UHGV virus genome: UHGV-0141727
Source: a virus
Length of the DNA stretch: 64,000 nucleotides
Direction: 5' to 3' (one strand)
The first letter of the stretch is position 1. Each line of letters opens with the position of its first letter. The translations under genes and the position numbers were made by a program. Below the pieces are notes generated by a model that saw nothing but the letters and a program-made list of their open reading frames with translations, had not been told where the DNA came from and made no database searches. Of this stretch, positions 27,301 to 35,393 are shown piece after piece.

Positions 27301-28244
27301 TTCCCTTTGAGGAAGGTATCCCAAAGGACGTTTGCCGATTTGAGCGTTGCATCATCCGTGTCGGGGATCATCTCCAGGAAGGTTTCCGGGTGTTTACGCA
27401 ATACCCATACGTCCACCACGGTATCTGTACCGGATTCGCTGAACGTACCAGAAGGCATACGATGTGCGCCCAAAAATTCCGCTTTACGGCTGACTTTATC
27501 GCGCAATTTTTTGTATTTCGTACCATCAGTCATGCCATTCGGCACCACCAATACAATTAGTCCACCAGGCTTAACCTTGTCGATCGTGCGCAGCACAAAA
27601 TAATTGCCAACGTTCTTCTCGTTTGCATATGCCGGATCAAGCCCGGCGACGCCGGAACGCCCTTCGCCAAACGGTACGTTACCAACTGCGTGGTCATACA
27701 TTGCATCTTTCGCCGCCAGCGCCTCAAACGCCCCGATATTCACATCATCTTCCGGGTGCAAAAGCTGGTTTATTCGACCGGAGATCGGAGACAGTTCGGC
27801 GCTGGTCATTATCATGCCCTGCCGTTTTGTCTCCTGGAAAATACCTGTGCCTGCTGACGGTTCCAGTACGTGACCGCTATCAATACCGTAGTCGCCGAAG
27901 AGATCCCATATACCTTCTGCCATAAACTGTGGCGTATAGTATTCGTATTGGCTGCCCTCACCATCTGTCAGGCCGCCTTCACCGGTATACCCGGCAAGAA
28001 TCTGACGCTGTTCGTCAGTTAATTTCGCCCCATCGAAGCCGGGCGGAAGGGAATTAAGAAGATCTACTGCGGCGTTGTTTGCTGCCCGGCGTGTTTTCTG
28101 AATACTGACGCCATCGACTTTCTTAACGCCAAAGGTCACTACAGCTCGCGGTTTATGCAACCGACTAACAATTTCAATCAGCGCCCCAATGCTGGTGGCC
28201 TGGCTAATTGAATCAATTATTTTGTCCAAAGGAAGCCCCCTCAA
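21393..28244 (-). CDS. darB: DarB-like giant protein: N6-adenine methyltransferase domain fused to a DExH (SF2) helicase
   Basis: 2283 aa; SAM motif VLEPSAGTGIF, NVPFG (NPPF-like), helicase motif I GLGTGLGKTT, motif II DEGHNY, motif VI QRNGRGAR. Confidence 0.7.
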   Translation of the reverse strand: MRGLPLDKIIDSISQATSIGALIEIVSRLHKPRAVVTFGVKKVDGVSIQKTRRAANNAAVDLLNSLPPGFDGAKLTDEQRQILAGYTGEGGLTDGEGSQYEYYTPQFMAEGIWDLFGDYGIDSGHVLEPSAGTGIFQETKRQGMIMTSAELSPISGRINQLLHPEDDVNIGAFEALAAKDAMYDHAVGNVPFGEGRSGVAGLDPAYANEKNVGNYFVLRTIDKVKPGGLIVLVVPNGMTDGTKYKKLRDKVSRKAEFLGAHRMPSGTFSESGTDTVVDVWVLRKHPETFLEMIPDTDDATLKSANVLWDTFLKGKWFTTEGKRFVYGDMERTSFRNTLVVKKDGRVSNESMKTALSRRFESRINWDLLGVTTQAWQGAKVGDKRLVGGIWHEFDGLKWVKDTTTKSSALDVSRYGVSTFGDLQIAFQSTNGILALSWDQISAIASDYPSVVSDEVAAMIRFAGKQREKDRERVMRGALIGQLINKALDLRNLGVNVDAKLADVSRLAAAEVAKYGPPHAIKLNGLAEAGAKNWMTFTGNVKQDGSTSDLLAGRLDVTDGAAGIDFTRPEQVIAHLFSDVALNPITLGDFREAFAGELPEDDDAALEYLAKFDDIAIDGYGCLLPMDRATSGDIATKTALLMGWRDASTGEQKSNFERQLAKIEEKRIFTPLNKVTVNLNARWLDRRLIKEFLAEQGYDEFKYTEPDLKVVDGILVSPDDYEGKDGVFTGYQLRTVNGKNGNEFKKANNKDGFLNQLENYLNGVKPRGQNANEYLDKIAQLEVSFNDWLRTHPQADQIAREYNDAFNGFIPFTHSNAPLGLEGISGKRIPLTYQNEEVRRLSEDGRGIMGLGTGLGKTTTALALEAYNFETGRTKRTCIVVPKAVYQNWYHEAQSFYSADAFANMMFIGLDEVRDEDGNILTAPVLDENGEPRLDSNGQPLTRNVVKESASAVIVQRMNMIPSSNWRTVIMTKEQFASIPLREKTIEENSQQAVFNAVEMGRLDLASGKHRDAQKKNKIKDQAANTGTTKKQNIPYFEDMNFDSVIADEGHNYRNSFNAGREAGQLAYLPNPAVSKMARDMAVKAAYMMKRNNGRGVVMLTATPLVNSPIDAFNMLSTVIPQEEWMRMGIITPDDFVRVFGKTATVQVQKISGEVEEKQGLVGFQNLDGLRGIFHRWTTLKTAADVGATVKIPDIVENTLQIPMTGEQEAAYEELRKRAQELSSKDALTVDENGHITNEKPDDFIFSIIRDMDKVAIDPDLYASAITFQFPVELADKVKAIADALPKVAGGKVADDADEAEEDGAGGLVSTRTSKVVKTTFSEHPAHVEIRASIELEAEILKAIAAAGIDLQQVSHPIPPKYAALIENLREGLKNGKQIVFIDEKAQHQKLRRIIASALQMPEQEIGIINATTVSQAGGIKLKKVNKPTEPTPNKNGEYKEGAWETYYSKLAQYEDYLSAKNDAGLEGMEGIAADYNEGRTRIIICNKKAEVGINLHIGTTDIHHLTLPWTPASIDQRNGRGARVGSPQEKVNVHYYCGKGTFDDFRLDTLKRKKDWIKMVMTSDMSEIANGDADDADERAIMLAANPEERRAIMARQAQEREERLKLKAQREANNALDIYLKAANAAGKDIGMMETELKSAMEQIEYYQRNLDDLIKAGTNRNGQKFALEQLSSYRKRARVLRFAITRAKDADTIMKRSRGDVERAIKSGVLDISIDVIQNPQEYMRTDKNILLHKGSYYRAVIDDRETTAIVRVEKIDGEKAQYLCRIAWLDRASRYARSPGSIVTLPFDSVIEAVTFEEGVAESRATAARGVQCHQLSTILTRDQFYDAIRNGVMNVIAGKPGNAWGGGSAIKYWAYRTDDGQIALSSAYDGVIGQKIGRASDIAPERWIYPDGNDEALKREVAKIQASDNPLNIVDGEGFLQALYGYDYIQGMQAWGAQATMDDVAQEFENWMAGRGLSGRSLNKVTSEDILSLFRKPSGEGLESFWRTVLAYRLFKGRMKAFSNIDDIERMFNQVKIAKIKTKIEKTRSALVAWRDALFEQYKSLSDADGWAALEQLANNGVDGAKLAIVQADNPLESPAAQWIKVGAVINAFDEKHISKDDFADAVSVNRLVEMATRRARELKDGDYVNELPDALKSATWQDFVSLKNGGATESEIAERLEQAESKREEQAAVAEARADEAANDDYIIVVNDKPIRAKARVRGRWWSVSEDVGAVYLIADQPGSSTIRNAKDAIKKIGGRFWNFEANPVADVNFDRPAWMVSTRYSVDELRKIIADAA

Positions 28245-28340
28245 AACCGTTAAATCCGCCTTAAGCGGTACGGTTTGAGAGGGTATGGAGTGTGTTAATT
28301 TCGCAGAATCACACCCCGAAGGTTCTTACTCAAAAGGGGA

Positions 28341-28838
28341 TCATGGTTGAACCTGGATAACATCACCGTTCTTAACGGTAATGATTTTGTTCAGAAGAAC
28401 GATTTGCGGGAAATTTCCAGCATACCAACTGAACGAACCAATCACTTCATACTGGCCTGGTGGTACGTTTTCGAACTCAAATTTGCCTTGAGCATCTGTC
28501 AGGACAGTTCTGTCATATTCCGCAACCCTGCCGTCGATTATTTCTAAGGTCTGAGTGTCGTAATCAATTTTGGGGGTATTTTTGATATATGAAGTATACG
28601 GACGCAGTATGATATTGGAGCCAGCACCAATCTTCACATCCCCTCCGCGAGTTACTCCAAATAATTCCCCCTTAACCTTACCTGTGCCTTTTTTCGGCAA
28701 TGCCTGATATTCCTCGACAGGGAATGCCGGGCGTTTAACAAACTGTTTTACTTGCTGAGGCTTGTTGTATGTCTGAACCGGAGCACATCCTGATAATGCA
28801 AATGCACAAACAATAGTCGCTAATATTGCTTTTTTCAT
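28341..28838 (-). CDS. lipoprotein with carboxypeptidase-regulatory-like beta domain
   Basis: Start at MKKAILATIVCAFALSGC (lipobox LSGC); GKFEFENVPPGQYEV motif. Confidence 0.55.
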   Translation of the reverse strand: MKKAILATIVCAFALSGCAPVQTYNKPQQVKQFVKRPAFPVEEYQALPKKGTGKVKGELFGVTRGGDVKIGAGSNIILRPYTSYIKNTPKIDYDTQTLEIIDGRVAEYDRTVLTDAQGKFEFENVPPGQYEVIGSFSWYAGNFPQIVLLNKIITVKNGDVIQVQP

Positions 28839-29025
28839 AACTTTCTCTTTTCTCAAATAAATAACGCAAACCAATAATAACTAGTGTTATCATTAACTTA
28901 GCGCAACTTAACTTTTCTGTTAGATAATACATTGAATAAAGTTAAAGATGAATGCCGTTTAATAATGTTTGGTGTAATAGAAATCACATTCTCAACATAG
29001 TTATTGCTCTTTTTTCATTCGGAGC

Positions 29026-29517
29026 ATGATTATGATCAATAATGAACCTCGCTGGCTTATTGAAGCCCGTAAAAATATTGGAGTCACCGAAATAAAAGGA
29101 GCGAAACACAATCCTGAGATCGTCCAGTTCTGGCGGGATATTAAGCGCAGCGGAATTAAAGACGACGAAACGCCGTGGTGCGCTGCATTTGTTGGTGCAA
29201 TGCTGGAACGTGTAGGTATCCGCTCAACAAGATTTGAGTCGGCAAAATCCTATCTGGATTGGGGCGAGAAATTAGATACACCGGCATACGGATGTATCGT
29301 TGTATTTACTCGCGCAGGCGGTGGGCATGTAGGCTTTGTTGTCGGACGCCGCGCCAATGGCGATCTGCTTGTCTTGGGTGGGAACCAGGGGGATGCTGTT
29401 AATATTCGCGCATTCCCAACATCAAGAGTGTCTGGCTATCGCTGGCCTGCTGGCGAACCACGCAATACAGCTCTGTTACCAGTCGGAGACGCAGCAACCT
29501 CAACTAATGAGGCATAA
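29026..29517 (+). CDS. CHAP/NlpC-P60-like peptidoglycan hydrolase (TIGR02594-like)
   Basis: Cys motif TPWCAAFVGAM and His motif GGHVGFVVG; true start may be the ATG at 29032. Confidence 0.55.
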   Translation: MIMINNEPRWLIEARKNIGVTEIKGAKHNPEIVQFWRDIKRSGIKDDETPWCAAFVGAMLERVGIRSTRFESAKSYLDWGEKLDTPAYGCIVVFTRAGGGHVGFVVGRRANGDLLVLGGNQGDAVNIRAFPTSRVSGYRWPAGEPRNTALLPVGDAATSTNEA

Positions 29518-29521
29518 AAAA

Positions 29522-29540
29522 GCCCCGGCCAGGCCGGGGC
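29522..29540. terminator. GC-rich hairpin with T-tract on the minus strand (ends the antirepressor operon)
   Basis: GCCCCGGCC a GGCCGGGGC preceded by AAAAAA on the plus strand. Confidence 0.5.
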
Positions 29541-29548
29541 ATCACACT

Positions 29549-29761
29549 TCAAGTTACGATCCAATCATTACCGACTGCATCCGCCGTCGATAAATCGACT
29601 TCCCGGATCTGGTATCCATTAATACAAAACCATCCAGTGGTAGAGCTATTATCAGGCCAGACCCATACACCAACACTCCATGCTTTACGGCGGCACACTT
29701 CAGCCTGTCCTTCCCTGATTTTTTTTACCGCCTGCATGATGTCCATCACTCGCCTCCCCAA
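29549..29761 (-). CDS. hypothetical protein (70 aa), last gene of the immI-like operon
   Basis: ORF overlapping the upstream gene end. Confidence 0.35.
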   Translation of the reverse strand: MGRRVMDIMQAVKKIREGQAEVCRRKAWSVGVWVWPDNSSTTGWFCINGYQIREVDLSTADAVGNDWIVT

Positions 29762-30453
29762 CCGATTACCTGGAATTGCCCCATCCTTGGGTGATACCAG
29801 CGTTTTCCTCGGTGTTCAGCCTCCGACATCATCAGGGTAAAGGCATTCATGAAGGGAGATAAGGCCACAATAGTACGACGCGACAATACCCCCTCTGGCG
29901 TCAAAAACTCATGCGTATCTGTGGGGATCCGGTAAGCGTTGACCAAGTTACGGCATTTGGCTTCAGTCAGGCCGCATTTCGCCGCTAACTGGCGATAGCC
30001 AATGTAACCTTCCGGCATGTTGCCCTTCTTGATCTGCTCGACGGTTTCAGCGACCTGGCTAACCTTTGACTCAACAGCATGAAGCCGCTTTTGCTGCTGA
30101 ACTGCATTCGCAGCCATTGCAGCGATCATCTCTATTTCGGTCAACGGCTGGCGTACTTGTTCTTCCAGTTCGCGCCAGCGGTCCACCAGCCGGGCGGTAA
30201 ATTCGGGAGAAAGCTGCGCAACGACAATGATACTGTCACGCTTGCCTTGCTCGCCTTCGAAGAAATAGGCTTTTGTGTATTTATTAGGGCTAAGTGATTG
30301 ATTATTCTCAACTGTAGCCAATGGCGTATGTTGGATAACTCCTTTAGCAACAAGTCTTTCGATGCTGCGTTTAACATCAGAGTGACGACTTCCCACCAGT
30401 TCCGCGATCTCAATGCTGGTCATTGATGGCTTTTCGAGAATGCAGATATCCAT
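29746..30453 (-). CDS. Rha-family phage regulatory protein / antirepressor-like
   Basis: N-terminal MTSIEIAELVGSRHSDVKRSIERL is Rha-like; start overlaps the upstream stop. Confidence 0.5.
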   Translation of the reverse strand: MDICILEKPSMTSIEIAELVGSRHSDVKRSIERLVAKGVIQHTPLATVENNQSLSPNKYTKAYFFEGEQGKRDSIIVVAQLSPEFTARLVDRWRELEEQVRQPLTEIEMIAAMAANAVQQQKRLHAVESKVSQVAETVEQIKKGNMPEGYIGYRQLAAKCGLTEAKCRNLVNAYRIPTDTHEFLTPEGVLSRRTIVALSPFMNAFTLMMSEAEHRGKRWYHPRMGQFQVIGWGGE

Positions 30454-31001
30454 CAGTGAGCCTCCGCAATGCCGGGATTGGTAATATTGCGATACCAGGG
30501 ATTAGTGTTTGGTTGTGGGGAAGTAGAGAAACGACCAGTGAGAACGCCATACTGATCAGGGATCAGAGAACGGGCTTCTTTTTCAGTTGCGGCAATTGCG
30601 AAGTGATCACAATGTTTTTGCAGGGAGTGGAAACGCCAGATGAATTCTGGACGTGAGCAAGGATTGGCATTAACCATAGTTACGGCCTCATGTACAGGTT
30701 TAACAACCTGCAACCCGCTGCTAAACGGGTGGCAGGACGTGACGGGGTTAGCAGACTGGCGTACATGAAACCAGCAGGCCGAAGCCTCCCCATCACGCCC
30801 CACCATAATTTGGGCGTAACGTGGTTTACGGACACAAAAATACCGCAATATCGGATATCTGCGGTTGTCCGCATGTACATTCAGGCTGCTAAACCCGGTC
30901 GCAGAATTTGCTACGACGGCATGAATATAAGCCTGAACATTAGAAAGATCAACAGAATTTTTATCAGATGCTGTTTTTTTGTGACGATGTAAATCATACA
31001 T
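30453..31001 (-). CDS. hypothetical protein (182 aa), first gene of the immI-like operon
   Basis: Cys/His-rich ORF; operator-like motifs directly upstream. Confidence 0.4.
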   Translation of the reverse strand: MYDLHRHKKTASDKNSVDLSNVQAYIHAVVANSATGFSSLNVHADNRRYPILRYFCVRKPRYAQIMVGRDGEASACWFHVRQSANPVTSCHPFSSGLQVVKPVHEAVTMVNANPCSRPEFIWRFHSLQKHCDHFAIAATEKEARSLIPDQYGVLTGRFSTSPQPNTNPWYRNITNPGIAEAH

Positions 31002-31006
31002 TCCTG

Positions 31007-31037
31007 ATTAGAAACATCAATTTAATTTTCTAACACA
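31007..31037. promoter_or_regulatory. operator pair ATTAGAAAC-N10-TTTTCTAACAC
   Basis: Inverted pair immediately upstream of the 31001 start. Confidence 0.5.
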
Positions 31038-31092
31038 CAATTACGAGCGATGATTTTTCCGCCGCACGGTTATTGTACAGTCAATCGCAACA

Positions 31093-32052
31093 TCATCCCC
31101 GAAAGCCCTCCGGAATTGACCAGTCTTCCCGGTCAAATTCAGACCGATAGCCACGCTGTTTCATCTGGTCAAATGCTTCATTGATGGTTGCACATCCCTG
31201 GGAACCAGAATAATCCATAGAGAAATCCAGGGCGCTGGATCGTTTGGGCTTATTCACCGTGGTAGCACTACGTATCCATGCAAATTTTTTTGCCAGTTTT
31301 TCAGCGGTACGATACAGAGCCTGCCGTTTTGCGTACCCCTCGTCTGAACGACGCTTTGCAGCTCTCGCTTTTGCCGCCGCCAAACAGTGGTTGGTATGTT
31401 CTTCCCTGATTACTGTTTTTTTATCCAGCAAGCCATTATCCGCTTGAGAACTATCTGCTGGTGAAGCCTTTGGCTGAACCGCGCATGATCTTTCTCTTCT
31501 TTTGGCTATAGAGTGACTCTTATTTTCTATTGGCTGTTCATTTTGAACATGGGGGGACTTGTTCAATTTGAACAGGGGGTGCCCAGTTTCAAAAAAATAA
31601 CGAACCTTTGAAATCAACTGCTTAACCAGTTTTGTGGCGTTGGCAAATTTGATGCCCTGCTTACTCCCTATCTCCATTGCTACATGAATGAAGTGGAGAA
31701 ATTGTGTTGTAAACCGGTACACGTTACACACCTGAGCATTGTTATTCGCTACCTGATGCTGCTTAACAAGCATTCCGCACTTCGTCGCTTCGGTAAATGC
31801 CCGGCGCACAGTAGAAATACTGCGTCCTGTAATCTCGGACATATCAGCATATGAGCGACGGATCATGTATTCATCGGTAGCTCCTGCCAGGTTGGCGAAC
31901 TCGGCAATAATGGCGCTATGTGAAGGGGAAAGAAAACCGCTATGACGAGCAAAAAAACTCAACTGATGACCTTTGATTTTTTTGTGGTATTCAGTGTTGT
32001 TTTTATACTCAGAAGTGTTGAAAGTTACTGGAACTGAATTTAAAATACTCAT
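31093..32052 (-). CDS. hypothetical DNA-binding protein (winged-helix-like); regulator or replication protein
   Basis: 319 aa; MSEITGRSISTVRRAFTEATKCGML is HTH-like; basic C-terminal half. Confidence 0.35.
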   Translation of the reverse strand: MSILNSVPVTFNTSEYKNNTEYHKKIKGHQLSFFARHSGFLSPSHSAIIAEFANLAGATDEYMIRRSYADMSEITGRSISTVRRAFTEATKCGMLVKQHQVANNNAQVCNVYRFTTQFLHFIHVAMEIGSKQGIKFANATKLVKQLISKVRYFFETGHPLFKLNKSPHVQNEQPIENKSHSIAKRRERSCAVQPKASPADSSQADNGLLDKKTVIREEHTNHCLAAAKARAAKRRSDEGYAKRQALYRTAEKLAKKFAWIRSATTVNKPKRSSALDFSMDYSGSQGCATINEAFDQMKQRGYRSEFDREDWSIPEGFRG

Positions 32053-32114
32053 CAGATAGTTCCGTGAAAAATCTATCTACCGTATAAATCTATGCCAGTG
32101 GATTTATACACCCA

Positions 32115-32146
32115 AAAGCCGCTACTCAGCGGCTTTTGCTTTTTTG
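32115..32146. terminator. bidirectional intrinsic terminator
   Basis: AAAGCCGCT-actca-AGCGGCTTT followed by TGCTTTTTT. Confidence 0.55.
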
Positions 32147-32222
32147 GCAGTCGCTACCGGAGCAGTGACCGCGATCCTACTCGATCACGTGCCGTCGGAT
32201 CAACAGTGTATAAAAACACACT

Positions 32223-32238
32223 GTGTTAGAAAATTAAG
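32223..32238. promoter_or_regulatory. operator-like motif GTGTTAGAAAATTAAG
   Basis: Between the 32251 gene end and the terminator. Confidence 0.45.
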
Positions 32239-32250
32239 CTAGCTTTTAGC

Positions 32251-33249
32251 TCACATCCTCTTAGACACAAAGATCAGCGGAGTCACCGTCTTGTTCTCTT
32301 TCACCGGTATTTCTTGTTGTTTATTGGCTGATATTGGCAGACCATAAGTGGCATTAGCCCCTAGGGATTCAAGCATCGCTGCGACAATGCGTGCATCATC
32401 CTCTGACTGCATACGGCAGAGCGCCCGGCGCTGTTCTGCGCTGATAAAAACAGGCATTTCCTGGATAGCATCACGCAAAATACGGCGGCATTTCTTCGCG
32501 TTCTCCCCCTGGCTTTCCATCATCGCGGCCTGGTCGCGTAGTTTGTCGCGAAGCTGCATATTTTCCACTTCAAGATGTATCAGTTCCGATTCCAGAGCTT
32601 CACGCTGTGCTGATTCAATCATTGCTTGTTGACTTTGCATTTGTGCAAAGTGATGAACAATATCTGTAGCCTGATTGTCAGTGAAACCTTGATCCATCAG
32701 CGACGTGTGCATAACAGCTTCACGCTCTTCAACGGACTCCATCATCGGTATCTGTTTATCGAGGCTGATATAGTTCGGCACGGTAACGTAATCAAATCCA
32801 TGAAAGGAGTTTACTATTGACACGAAAGAATCAGGTCCAATAGTCGCCCATGACCAACCGCCAGCATTTGAGTTGATCAATCCTTGAACAATATGCCCTG
32901 TATATGAATCAAGAATTTCTTGGGTGTGCGTAATGACACCATTATCGTCAATAGAAATATCAACTGTTCTGTTAGATGGCACATTTTCCAGAAGAAGAGG
33001 CTTACCATCCATCATAACAACGCAAACCTCTGGCAAATCTAGTGATTTAGTTTTGTTGTAATACATCGAGCGGCGACCATGACCGTAATATCCAAATAGC
33101 TCACCAAGAGCCATGCGCTCTTTAACTAGCGGTGATGTTATGGTTTTTCGCACAGCCTCAATAATGTATTTTCGGTTGTTCTGCGGTGTATGTTTGCGGA
33201 TTTTCTCTACCAGGGAGAAGCGATCCGTAACGGTATTCAGTGATTGCAT
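32251..33249 (-). CDS. putative head-processing protein (Pro-like) by position after portal
   Basis: 332 aa immediately downstream of the portal-like gene; no catalytic motif confirmed. Confidence 0.3.
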   Translation of the reverse strand: MQSLNTVTDRFSLVEKIRKHTPQNNRKYIIEAVRKTITSPLVKERMALGELFGYYGHGRRSMYYNKTKSLDLPEVCVVMMDGKPLLLENVPSNRTVDISIDDNGVITHTQEILDSYTGHIVQGLINSNAGGWSWATIGPDSFVSIVNSFHGFDYVTVPNYISLDKQIPMMESVEEREAVMHTSLMDQGFTDNQATDIVHHFAQMQSQQAMIESAQREALESELIHLEVENMQLRDKLRDQAAMMESQGENAKKCRRILRDAIQEMPVFISAEQRRALCRMQSEDDARIVAAMLESLGANATYGLPISANKQQEIPVKENKTVTPLIFVSKRM

Positions 33250-33262
33250 TATTTCCCTCCGG

Positions 33263-34948
33263 TTAATTATTGCTCATCACAAATTTTGCAAAGTTGATTA
33301 ATTGTTCTTGCGTCCAGTTTTCCGGATCGTCACCGGACGACAACGGCGCGGATTCGTACATACCATGCTCGTTGTTTTGCTCTGATTCATTCGCCTTAAA
33401 CTCTTTGATCATTACGTTGAGAGTGTCATCGTCGATACGAAGCTGTTCGGTGAACAGATAGCGCATAAACGCGTCGCTACCCGCCAGTTTCGGGTTGTTC
33501 TGGATCTGGTCCATTATTTGCGAGATGACAGCTACGAAGTTGGCGCGCGCATCCAGCTCTCGGTTTTCCTCTTCCTGGATAGCTGTGTTCATTGAGTTGA
33601 ATTGCACGTCATAAGGACGGTTTTTTTCGGTGTAAACCTTCCCGTATTTATAAGCGAGGTGAATGTCATGAAGCCGATAAATAGTCCGCTGGGCGGCCTG
33701 TCTGATCCAGTTCGCGCGTAATGCGGCCTGGATAGCTGTTTGCTGCCAACCGCCTTCTCCAAGCCCCCCACTCATCTGATCAGCCCAGCCAAGCATTGTT
33801 GCGTCAATGCCGAGGCTTGCCGCGAGCTGTCGGAGATGAAACATAACGTCTTCGATACCACTGATATCTGCGGGTATAGATTGCGTATCAATGGTGATCC
33901 CGTTCTTCCCATCCCCCATGACAGGTATCAGATGGTTAAGTACAGATGGGAGAGCATTAGAATTAATTGACCGTTGCGCTACGAGGTCGCTATGGCGCTT
34001 CAGTGCCTGGCTGACCCCGCGCGTATAATTCGCCGCGTTTACCGGATCTATCGTGTTCGTTGTGAGTGCAATCAGGCGATCAATTTTTGCAGCGTTGTTT
34101 CGCGTTGCTTTCAGCGCAGCAAGCGCGGCACATAAATTCAGGTAGGGTTCATAACTGTATTCAAGAAACGACGTACCGTAGTTCTGTGTCTCCATTAACG
34201 GCTTGTCCTGCTGTTCACTAAGCAAGGAATAGCCTGTAGTGCCGTAAGTTACTGGCATTACTTTATGCTGAGGCGTCCAGTACGGGTTTTTCATGGAAAC
34301 CAGATTCCACGGCTCGGTTATAACTCTGCGCAAAGTATGCGTGTCCAGAATGTAATCACCGCTGAATCCGACAAGTTGGCTACCGCGATAAAACTCCTGA
34401 ACGAAATGAGGGAGCGTGTAATAGCTCGACTCAATTCCAGTTATCCCCTTCCCTTGCTCTGCATATGGACGGATATACGACACACCGAAAATAGCCATGA
34501 TCATGGCCCACGATGGAAGGCCATCATTAATCATTGAGCTTAAATCAGCGGTCAATTCCTCACATCGACTTACAGCCTCCTTATCCGCCCCATTTTTCGG
34601 AGCGAGAATAAATGCGAGGCCTGTTTTTTTTGATGGAGCCAGAGAATGCGCAATGTGAATGTTTAATGCTGTGGAGATAGTCGGACTTTTCGCCATCGTC
34701 TCCAGTATGTTGTATTTTTGCAGGCGGTCACTCGGTAATTCTGCCGATATAGATACTGTATCCGCCGCGCTTGTCATTCCATCGCTATTGCTCCCCAGGA
34801 TGCCTGGACGCAAGGCGGACAGGCCAGAACGAGCAACGACGCTATGCCCGCTCGCAAATACGACCGGATCGGCAGGCGTAACATCACCACCGCTGAAGGC
34901 TTTCTTCAATGCCGACAGAAAGCCCTTGTTTTTGTCTTTCGTTGCCAT
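33263..34948 (-). CDS. putative portal protein (Prt-like)
   Basis: 561 aa, size and position consistent with a portal; no motif confirmed. Confidence 0.4.
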   Translation of the reverse strand: MATKDKNKGFLSALKKAFSGGDVTPADPVVFASGHSVVARSGLSALRPGILGSNSDGMTSAADTVSISAELPSDRLQKYNILETMAKSPTISTALNIHIAHSLAPSKKTGLAFILAPKNGADKEAVSRCEELTADLSSMINDGLPSWAMIMAIFGVSYIRPYAEQGKGITGIESSYYTLPHFVQEFYRGSQLVGFSGDYILDTHTLRRVITEPWNLVSMKNPYWTPQHKVMPVTYGTTGYSLLSEQQDKPLMETQNYGTSFLEYSYEPYLNLCAALAALKATRNNAAKIDRLIALTTNTIDPVNAANYTRGVSQALKRHSDLVAQRSINSNALPSVLNHLIPVMGDGKNGITIDTQSIPADISGIEDVMFHLRQLAASLGIDATMLGWADQMSGGLGEGGWQQTAIQAALRANWIRQAAQRTIYRLHDIHLAYKYGKVYTEKNRPYDVQFNSMNTAIQEEENRELDARANFVAVISQIMDQIQNNPKLAGSDAFMRYLFTEQLRIDDDTLNVMIKEFKANESEQNNEHGMYESAPLSSGDDPENWTQEQLINFAKFVMSNN

Positions 34949-35180
34949 GATTCACCGCAAAAGGTTTCCGATTTCGTGGCAGCTTATCCAGTGTGTGATT
35001 TCATCAGTAATTTTTCGTTGTTTTCACTATATGCTGATGTTTTTTCATATGCGGAAATGCTTTTCCAAAAACGCAACCGCCAAACAAAGAAGTTATGTTT
35101 ATAAACATTTTTGTTGTGTTTTATATCTTTTGTGTTATTATTCTTGTCGCCCATGATGGATAAATTGCATAAGGAAACTT

Positions 35181-35363
35181 GTGAAGTATTCAGAGTTCAA
35201 ACGCTGGTTAATCCAGCAAGGGGCAGAGTTCAGGAAAGCGCCAGGTGGCGGCAGTCATCAGAAAGTGAACCTGAACGGAAAGCGGTCGGTTTTCCCGGAC
35301 CACGGTTCAAAGGAAATGCCTGAACCGCTACGCAAGAAAATAATGAAGGACCTGGGGCTTTAA
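35181..35363 (+). CDS. hicA: HicA-family toxin (mRNA interferase), GTG start
   Basis: 60 aa, ...GGGSHQKV...FPDHGSKEMPEPLRKKIMKDLGL matches the HicA pattern. Confidence 0.8.
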   Translation: MKYSEFKRWLIQQGAEFRKAPGGGSHQKVNLNGKRSVFPDHGSKEMPEPLRKKIMKDLGL

Positions 35364-35393
35364 GCCCCAGCCTTTTTCACTAGGAGCTTCTCT

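Noticed and set aside
21473-27925. Many 60-200-aa ORFs on both strands inside 21393-28244
   Set aside because: They lie within the single 2283-aa DarB-like frame, which carries coherent MTase and helicase motifs; the alternative frames are low-complexity.
35111-35323. ORF 35111-35323 (+) overlapping hicA in another frame
   Set aside because: The hicA frame gives a recognisable HicA sequence; the overlapping frame has no support.
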